In this document: positions 54,912 through 64,000 of the stretch, in pieces
How the letters are laid out: each line of letters starts with the position of its first letter
How positions within the stretch are numbered: position 1 is the first letter of the stretch
Assembly (NCBI GenBank): GCA_973895155.1
Contig: OZ316891.1
Location: 18,102,095-18,166,094, forward strand
Reading direction: 5' to 3'
DNA length: 64,000 nucleotides
Source: Marsupella aquatica
Taxonomy: Eukaryota; Plantae; Marchantiophyta
Notes under the pieces: generated by a model
Told to the model about the DNA's origin: nothing
Database searches by the model: none
The model's input: the letters and a program-made list of their open reading frames with translations, nothing else
Made by a program: the position numbers and the translations under genes

Positions 54912-55014
54912 GGCTTCTCCTGCATCGGCGTCCGCAACTTCCTTTTCTCTGCCCCCTCACTCCCTCTCTCTTGATCCCTTCTTCTCCGTGTATATCGCAG
55001 AATATGTTTTAGTC

Positions 55015-55480
55015 TCTCCTCCTCCTCCTCCTCCTCCTCCACACTCCCTCCCTCTCCTCAGTACAATACTGAACAACAACAATAATCGTCAATCAATCCT
55101 GCTCTGTGTCTTTCCGCCTCAGTCTCTCCTCCTCCTCCTCACACCCTGACTGTTCTCAATACCAAACACGCGACAACGACAACAATCGTCGATCAATCCT
55201 GCTTGTATACTACTGCTGCTGCTGCTGCTGCTGCTCCTCCTCGTCCAACAGCCATAATCCGGCCACGGCGTGCGCCAGAGCATCCAAATCGCTCCACAGA
55301 AGTAGTCAACCGAACCACCTGATGTCCGAGCAAATGCTCTGCCGCGCACTGGCGACGACGATGTCTCTGCTTTTCTCTCTTTCGCCTCGCTCAGCTGCGC
55401 TGCCTCCTCCCTAGAGCTCCTTCTCCGAGCTTTCTTCTCTCTCTCTCTCCCTCTCTTCTCTCTCTCTCTCTCGCTCGCTC
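55015..55480. repeat. (CCT)n, (CTG)n and (CT)n microsatellites plus a duplicated ~30-bp module in the MAPK 5' leader/promoter
   Basis: Runs are directly visible. ACAAYAATCGTCRATCAATCCTGCT occurs at ~55076 and ~55178. Confidence 0.75.
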
Positions 55481-55688
55481 TGCACTCTGTCGTCTCGTCC
55501 TCGTCCTCGACCCGCAGAACGAAAACGAGAAGGCTGCTGACCGAAAGGTTCGTTTCGTCCTAATTGCGAACTTGCCACCTCGCTTCCCTCGCATAGCTCG
55601 GATTCCCTTAAACCTTTACTTGCAGTCTTGCGTCCTCTCCAGGGTCATTTTTTATTTATTTTTCTCTTTTTTGCAAAGGTGGCGACTA

Positions 55689-55999
55689 GGGTGTGTCAAA
55701 GTACAGTCACGAGCAAAGTCTTGCGGGTGTGAATTTTTTGGAGGTCTGATCGTTCTGGAGCACGTATATGTGTAGCGCATAAAAATTGTCACAAGCAAAG
55801 TTTTGTGGTTGTTGTAAGGACTTAGGATCCTTATGGGGCATAAAGTCTTGGTCCCAATCGTGAAACCTTTTTATGTCATTCGTCCTATCTCACAACTATG
55901 TTTTGACTAGACCCTAATGTCACCTTGTGTTTTTGTCCCTATCGTGAAACCTTTTTATGTCTTTCGTCCTATCTCACAACTATGTTTTTGACAACACCC
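55689..55999. mobile_element. MITE of the same TA-flanked family; right end and flank tandemly duplicated (~84-bp period)
   Basis: TA|GGGTGTGTCAAA at the left. TTTTGACTAGACCC|TA ends at 55914 and TTTTGACAACACCC|TA ends at 55999. Confidence 0.6.
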
Positions 56000-56304
56000 T
56001 AATGTCACCTTGTGCAAGCCCTAGTAGACCTCCTTAAGGACCTCCACTTTTGCAAAAATGCTCCTTTCACTTTCCCTCCCCTTGCCTCCTCTTCACGGTC
56101 ACTTTAGAGGTTTTTTTTTTCCCTTTTTTGCCAACCGAAGGTGGCTGATGTCACCTTCTGGAAATTGAAGCACTTATGAGCCTCCAGGTTTTCCAAAATG
56201 CTTGGATAGACTGTTTGCATTACAAGTGGACTATAGTGAAACCAATAGATAGAAATGTACATAGTTAGAAACTCTTTGGCTCCACATTGTAAAACTAAAT
56301 AATC

Positions 56305-56780
56305 AATCTCCTTAGTACTTGATGAAATCTGTTAATGTTTGATTCATTGGAAAGCTCAAGATCAAGACTTAGAAATTCATGACCTCTTTAGTACTATCTT
56401 GATAAAATATCTCAATGTTACACTCATTCGAAAACTAGTAAAATTAGAAACTCATCATCTCCATAGTACTTGACAAAATCTATCAATGATAGGTTCATTG
56501 AAAAGCTAGAGAAATTTGGATACTCATGATCACTCTAATTCTTGACAAATACTCCCAATGTCACACATTAGAAAGCTAGAGAGATTGAAAACCTTATGAT
56601 CTCTTTAGTACCGTGACAAAATTTGACATAAAATTTGTCAATGTTGGACTCAATGCTGGAAAGCTAAAAAAATTCATGAAATCGTGATCAAAATTTCTTA
56701 TTGTCACATTGGAAAGGCATAGAATTCAAAAACTCATTTGGAACTTGACAAAATTTGTCAATCTGAGGCTCAATGGAAAC
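56305..56780. repeat. Degenerate ~60-bp satellite
   Basis: GTACTTGAYAAAAT...CAATGT...CATTGGAAAGCTAG...CTCATGATCTC repeated about 7-8 times. Confidence 0.75.
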
Positions 56781-59700
56781 CCTTTCTCAATTAAGACATG
56801 TCACAATCTCATTACCGTCACAAACTTAACCGCTGCAAATTGATTTCTTTGATTACATCGCCATCGTTTGTCCACGACGCTTGCTTCCTAGCTTGAATTG
56901 TTCACGTCCCTCCAATCTTCAACCAAAGCTCACTTTGAACACAAGTTGACACCAAATGCAGTCTCTATGTCAAAAAACAATCGCTAATCTCCCTCTCACA
57001 CCATAGCTTTCTTAAATTAAAAAAATACAAAATCTTCATGTGAAGTGATGTCGTCCATTTTGTGCGTTCTTCTCACCGAAATCACAACGAAGCGCTCTTT
57101 TGCCAATAGCTGAGTGTTGTCCTTCGCTCTGTCTTGTGGCCGTAATGCTCAACGTAACTCACAAACAATTAATCATGAATGGTAGAAACACAATTTCTCC
57201 AATGTGTAAACGAAAATTGTCAAAAAACTCAATTCCTCCACATTCCACCTTCTGTTTGATAAACCAGAGAGATCATCTCAACCAAGACTACCGAGAGACT
57301 CAAAACCATCGGTTAATGCCTTATTGGAAACTGATTTCACTTCATCACACACACATTTCTTGGATGAACATGGGGGTCCATGGATTAATTGGAAATTTGA
57401 TGATGTTGAGGTCATTGGAAATATGTTTCCAAACTATTTATAACACCAAGAAAATTTAGATCCCATTGGATATGAAGGGAGACACTAAGTGTCAATGTTA
57501 GCTGTTCACAAACTTATTGTAGCAGAACCATTGCAATACCCCTAAGTCCAAGAAGACATCTTTATGAAGATGGTCACCGATATATGCTAGTAGCAGCACC
57601 ATGAGCTCCTTGGCAACCTGGTTGTGGGTGCTCTAAGAAGCATTTCCAATAGAGTTAAGGGCCAAAGTGATGGCCCGGACTAGATTTGATCTTCTTGAAA
57701 GAATAAAATTGAACAAGGTTCAATACCCGATAGTACATCCAGATCATGCAGACACATGGCTCAATTTGGAGATGAGGTGACGTCTTCTGGCAGACCTAGG
57801 CAGATGATTTTGGCCCTCGTGCAATTCACAAAAACCTATGGTTGAAAAAATAGCTTTTGTCTTGGGCCTAAAAAGACGATGGTGATAGCAAGAACTGATG
57901 GGAGCTGATTTTTGGCAAATAGCCTAGGGAACCTTTGCCTTCTTTTGCTTGCCTTTGGAAGCTTCAGCTACAAACAAGAAATTCACAATCTAGGATAAGA
58001 GAAAGAGGAGGTCTGTGTATGCAAGCAGCAAAAGGAGAATGTGAGAGGCAGAGCTTTTACACATCCACCAAAACCAGGAGTTCACTTTTGCCCTTCTTTC
58101 ACCGAGGACAGAGATTGGACTGTCATCCAATCATAACCTGCCCAATCCTGTTCAGAACCCCATAGGGGGGTCAGAGTGCTAGATGACATGAAGATTAGCA
58201 TTTCTGTTGGGCAAAACCCAATTCCCTAATTTTCCAAGTCGGGTTTCAGTATACCAGTTGGACGTGCCCTTTTGGCTTTTGTTTACTGAGCAGGGTCAAC
58301 ATCCTGTCTTACTAACCCAATCCATCAAGGGTGGACCGAGATGCCCTTACACCAAACTGGATCTGATGGCAGCACCAGTGGGGATGATGCAAGAGTGCCA
58401 ATCGCCAACAGAGTGACCAGCAAACACTTATCACCTCAAAAGTTAGTTGATGAGCGTTGAACATTGCGGCTAGCCAACACCTTGTCCTGGAACCGTGCTG
58501 GTAGTTAGGTTCATGCCAATAATACTAAGGTAAAATAGTCTTGGTGCCCAGCCCAGTAAAGTGAAGTTCCACAAATTTTGTCTGTCAAAATATGCTGGCC
58601 GGTATCTGAAATGGGGAGGAAATTAAATTCGAGACACAACAGCCTGAAAATTACTAGGAAAATTGCACACAGACTGTAAAAATTTTGGTTGGGACAGTCT
58701 GACATCAAGTTAAAACCGGTCCTCGACCAAAGCTATGTGGTCACAATAGGCTGAACTAATATCTAGAGTTCATATGGTTTTGACAGTACCTTCTGATATA
58801 CATTTTGGGGTCATTTCTGACCCCCGTGACAATATTGAACTATAGTACAACCATTACCTTTTCATAATCAACGATCACAAACCAAGTTACAGCTACAGTA
58901 CCCCATTCAATCCACCCTACCAGGAGTTGGAGATGCTCTAATACCAAAACCATGGCCTGATAGGAGGTGGGTGCTCCCAGCCAGCCAATCTGCTCAAGAG
59001 AGTCACCAGCAAACATTCATCACCAGCATAATTTTCAAGGTTTTTACTTTATTGCCTCAGTGGTGAATGCCACCTTCAGTGAAGGTGAAGACACTACAAA
59101 TATTCTTTCTCTCATTTTAATAGCTAAATTTCTGACTGTCAGATCTTCCTAGCCTTAAGGATAGCCATTATATTTTGAGATGGGGTCTGTGGCTAGCAGA
59201 GAAAACTGGATATTGGAAGAAGAAAATGTAGCAATTTTTGCCAAAACTGGAGGAAGACTTTTCAGAAAGGTTGAATCTAGCAGATTTTTGCCACTCTTAA
59301 ACACTCCAGTCATTGCGTCTAAAATTTGCACTACAACATCACCGTCTACAAATTGCCAAACAAAAACCTCTAGCAGCTGGGCGTATGGTTTCACCAGGAG
59401 TGCAGTCAATCCTGTCTAAATGCATGATGGATAACTGCGAGAAAAACACTTAGATGAAGACAAGGTAGGATATATTAGGGCATCTCAAAGTTCACAATAT
59501 CTAAATGCATGATGGATAACTGCAAGAAAAACACTAGAATGAATTGCCCTCTTTTGCAAAAGTGGAATTGCACCTTCTTGCAATTCTCATACAATTTCAC
59601 AAATGCAACACGAGGTACTCTTAGGACAAATTTTTACAGTCCAAAAACATATATTGACTGTTCCAGAGTACTGCATATCAATTACTTTGAACACTTGTCA

Positions 59701-60089
59701 ATAAGAGCACATGTATAGTAACAATTAATAAATGTATAGTTATAGAACCCTGCACTATTGGATGATTGCAAGGAATTTAGTTGCTTGTGCTCAACTTTAA
59801 TTTGCTACCTACCTGATCTGATATGTGTTCTCCAAAGCTACAGGGTTTAACTCAATAATAGCTACTGTAGATCTCCCTGTTCATTCTCAAAATGGTGTCC
59901 TCACTTGAATTCCAAGCCAATGAGTGCTCTAGAGTCACATTAAGTCCTTCGAGGGACAAATAAAAGAGTCACCACAAGATTTTTAGAGCAGGCAAGATGG
60001 ATGCCTCTACCCAGTTGCGGAAGGTGAGTTCTACATGCAAGGTGCAAAGAAAGTTTGTATTTGCTTGCAGGACTTGCCTGCCCTACCCC

Positions 60090-61915
60090 TTCTGTTCTTC
60101 ATGGAAGGTGTAGCAAATTTTTAACAATTGCCCAGCCAAACCCACTGGCCACCTATGCATTGCAACTCTTCCCTTGACCTGTAACTAAATTGTTTCATAA
60201 TTTGTGGTCTTTGTAAACTATAGTAAAGAGACAAGGCAGAAAACTCAGATAGTGGCTTAAGTTCTCAAGCACTAGCAATTACAATATCCCATTGTAAGGG
60301 ACGAGCCAGGTGTCACCATTGACATGGATGTGTAATGTAGAAAATTTGCATCAAAGGTAGCAATGGAGAGTCCTTCTTCCCCAGCATTTGGATGGACTAC
60401 AACATATGAATTGGAGGGGTATTTTGTGAAGTTCAAGCTTTGAAGGTATCTCTGTAGCTTTGACAACTGAAAGAAGGACTCCCATGTAACCATTCGGGAC
60501 TTTGTAGGTATTGGTGTAATTCTAACAGCTAAATATAATTGCTTGGGTGGACGGTCACTCTCATGAACCTTGCAACCCAGACGTCCCAGGTCTATAGACC
60601 ACAAAGCTATGAGTTATTCTACAAAGGAAAAATGCTATCTGAGTAAAAATCAGTTCTCTTACAGTCCATCTGCGTCCTCTTGGTACATCCAGGCATGCCA
60701 TGGGGCTTTCAGTTTCTTGGACAACTTGTACCAATAATAGAATCCGGTAAATTTTTATCTTTGACGGCCATCACTCGAGGCCCAAACCGCGGCGAAGCCA
60801 CCGTTTGGTACTGTACCGGGTTTGGATCGGATCGGAAAAGACCAGAACACGCACAACAAAATAATGATGCCGTGAGCAAAGTGGATTGAAAGACGGCACG
60901 GTTCGTAAGACTGAGGACGGTTGACCGTCTACACACTGACGTTCGCTCCTGGTCCAACGAGGCAAAAGTCCGGCACCGGAATAGCAGCACGGGCAGAAGC
61001 CCAAAGTCCACACACGGCGCACACCGCTATCGGAGTGCGGAGTGCGGACCCACCGCCAAAAAGGTGAATTCAGGGTACTTCTAACGCTTCTTCGCCTAGG
61101 TGGCGAATGTAATCTCGTGCTAATTGAAGAAGATATGCTCAGATATTCGGGGTCTAATCTCCTAGATTAATTTATGGTCATTAGATTGCCCTAGATTAAA
61201 GGATGTCCGCCTGATTTTCTCTATGGAAAGGGGTCTCTGGCTAGGTGTGGAACTGGCGGAATCTAAGACAAGCAAGTCAGGTGAACTTTTGTCACAAGTG
61301 GCAAAGACTGTTCATTGAATTCGGTAATTTTGAGCCACCAGAAAAAGGCTCAGGGGGGTCTTTCCAATAAGACATACACACTGAAGCCCCCTGGATCAAA
61401 GTTTCACAAAACGCCCAGATGGACTGCAGAAAAAACCATTTTTGTACTCAGACAGCACTTTTCCTTCATAAGGACCTCCATACTTTTCTAGTCGACAATA
61501 ACCTGATCCATCTGGGTTGTAAGGTTCATGGAGTGGTCCATCCAAGCATTAAGTTTAGCGGGAAGTTTAGTTGTCAAATTACACCAATACCATAAAGTCT
61601 CTGCAAATCCTAGGTAGAAAGGGACCCTAGTTTGTTATTGTTGATGCAATTCTTTGACAATATGTCTCACACATCCACATCATCTGGCTTCTCCATTACA
61701 ACATTGGGGTTTTGTAATTGTTACTGTTTGGTAACTAAAGACACTATCTAAATTTCCTTCCTTGTGATATTATATTAGTTTACAAAAAATTTGAGTAAAA
61801 ATTTACAAAGAAAATATTTACTTACATGTCAAGAGAAGAGTGCTCAGCTGCATTGTGCCAATTGGTTTTGTTGGGGTTATTGTTAACATTTGGTGACACG
61901 TTCTAGGAAGGACAC
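60090..61915. repeat. Long degenerate inverted repeat (arms ~60090-60650 and ~61440-61915) around a ~0.8-kb spacer; related copy near 45975-46080
   Basis: ATGAACCTTGCAACCCAGA is the near reverse complement of TCTGGGTTGTAAGGTTCAT. TGCTATCTGAGTAAAAA pairs with TTTGTACTCAGACAGCA. Further colinear blocks extend outward. Confidence 0.7.
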
Positions 61916-62056
61916 AATGGCGACAGCCACGAAGACCTGGGCTTGCAGTAGCATGGCCTGGCAAACGGGCTCTGAGAAATTCTTGAGATGTCAGTTCCAT
62001 GGGCCCAGAAGGGGTGCACCTTGTGAACAAAATTGTTTCAGGTAGGTCTAACTCTG

Positions 62057-64000
62057 AGTCGCGGAACTCGACTACCTTAACCGTCGCGGAACTCGACTAC
62101 CTTAACACTAGTCACGGAACTCGACTACCTTAACACTTCGCTCCGGCGTCGCTGGCTCCGACGCCGAGCTCCATCCAGGCCCGGATAGGCCATCCGGGGA
62201 GGACTTACCATGGGGAGACTTGTGGGCAATGAGACGTGGCACTAGCGAGGCAAGGGGCCAAGCTGGGGATACTCACTAAGGACTGGGACTAGCTTATGGC
62301 TAGTTGGGTCAAGGGGAAATGGGCCGGGCTCAAGGATCGTCGTCCGGACCATCGGATGGGCTTTGAGTTCTGAGGGCTTGGGAGTGAGCTCCTCTTGGGC
62401 CCAAGGCCAATGGAATTGATGTCATTGGCAACGGACGCTTGGGGCGCAAGTTGTGGCCCGAGCCGGGTTGGGCCGGTTGGGGGCCCCGAGAAGCGATCAG
62501 ACCTGAGGGCCTAGGCATGAGCATTGGGTCGGCCTGGTCACAACGGGCTAAGGCACTCCGCTTGCGGATGCCTATCAAGAAAGTTATGGGCGTTGCCAGT
62601 TGGTGGCGCGCCCATTATGCGCGATGGGATCCGGGTTGGGGGCCAAATGTTTCGGGACCAAAGCTGGTCCGGGGGTGGCAGGTCTCTAGAAACATATATG
62701 AGGGGAGTGGTGTCTCCCTGGGGGCTAAGGGCGAGCCGAAGTCGTGAGCCGCGGCGGTCGCGACACTAAGGGAAACCGTCAAACAGAAATGACGATATCT
62801 TCCCAATGGGAAGTCCGTTGGAGGACTTCTTAGGTGCGTTGGAAATCTCTTGAGGATGAGCTCAGCTGGGTCTGGAGCTGCCAAGGGTTCTCGTGGTTTG
62901 CGGGTGTTAGCTTGCCCGTTAGCCAAATCCTGCCGAATAGTAGCCAACCCGCGTTCAGCCTCCCAAGGGAGCTTGTGTAGGAGAGGCAAGGCCAAGTAGG
63001 TATGGAGGCTGAGTCCCAAGGGCGCTCGGCCCCTAGACCATCAGTGGAGCAAACCGGGAGTCAGTGTTGGAGTCGAGGCCGTTCTGGTCCCGACGTGTTG
63101 GGACAAGCTTGGCACAAGCTTTAGGACAAGCTACGCTAATTGGGCCATGAGCATGTCCTGAGGTCAGGGCGGTCAGTTGGTGATGGATAGGTACGAGGGG
63201 GGACCCGGGACGCGCCCAAGGAAGGAGCTGTCCTGGACGGACAGTGGGCGTGGGTTCTGGTTCTGGCTTATGGCATCGGGAGGACCTATCGCTGACCTAT
63301 TTACCAACGTCTGTTGAGCTTGAGTTAGGATGCTAGACTTGGCAAGTTCCAGATCCGGCAGGGTTACTTACCGAGGTGCTTGGTTGTTTGTGCAGACATT
63401 GAGGACCGTTGAGTAGCGGTCGTGTAGGTGAGCAAGTGCGGCTTCGTATGAGAGTGGCCGCTGGGGGTGCTAGAGGCACTTGGATGCTTGCTCGAGGTAT
63501 TCCATGGAGGCGTTCGGGCACCAAGGGCACTTAGGCACAAGTGCTGGGATTGGTGAGGGCGCTGGGTGGCTAGGTCCACCACTTGTGGTATCAGAGCGAT
63601 TGCTGGCATAGACACCGGGCCGGGTTGTGCTAAGTCAGAATCTAAAAATCTTAACGGATTTTTGCGGGGACTTAGTGCTTCAACGTGCCCGACGGGTCGA
63701 CTGCGGGCAGATTCGGTCGTTGGGAACATGGCTAAAAACACTCGTGCAAAGAGTGGCAAGCAGGCCCCCCCCCCACCAAGGGGAGAGCCCAAGTTCAAGA
63801 TGAACAGAAGGAGGATGGGTCGACTTCCCTAGACGAACGTTACAATCAGGATTCATGAAGAAGACGCAACGGCCGAACCGTCGACCGCTGCGGCAAACAA
63901 ATCAAGTGTAGAGCGCCGTCATCTTAAAGGGAAGGAGGCGGCTGATCCTTCAGAGGATGGGTCGGATGACGATGACTCCGACGCAACTGCAAGCGACGAC
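62057..64000 (+). mobile_element. 5' end of an LTR retrotransposon: LTR 62057-63583, Met-tRNA PBS 63586-63597, probable disrupted gag start near 63728; continues beyond the window
   Basis: Same LTR family as 3687-5119. Ends CCACCACT-TG-TGGTATCAGAGC. Superfamily cannot be determined without pol. Confidence 0.88.

Noticed and set aside
56305-56780. Regularly spaced repeats here and at 5885-6365 and 28370-29345 as possible CRISPR-like arrays
   Set aside because: The units are degenerate along their whole length, with no unique spacers and no cas genes. The context is eukaryotic satellite DNA.

Overview
Nuclear DNA from a land plant. The MAPK most resembles moss/liverwort MPK4, so a non-seed plant is inferred but not proven. 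The window holds seven protein-coding genes: CPSF73-I (5' end outside the window), OEP7, an At3g26780-like histidine phosphatase, a fungal-type EI24/Lds1-Rrt8-like membrane protein, SPL2 RING E3 ligase, glycine cleavage T-protein and an MPK4-type MAPK. It also has one U2 snRNA gene, a Copia element nested inside a related Copia (16.3-27.4 kb), and a second LTR family present as a solo LTR and as a 5' LTR plus PBS. A TA-flanked MITE family, a hAT remnant and several decayed satellites and inverted repeats fill the intergenic DNA. The most notable observations are: LTRs ending in AGT...ACT instead of TG...CA; an intronless fungal-like Lds/Rrt8 gene; a Copia bounded by inverted U5 ends; tandem duplication of the U3 terminus in two unrelated LTR families; and a variant U2 stem-loop IV. 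All homology calls come from motif recognition by eye; no database search was run.
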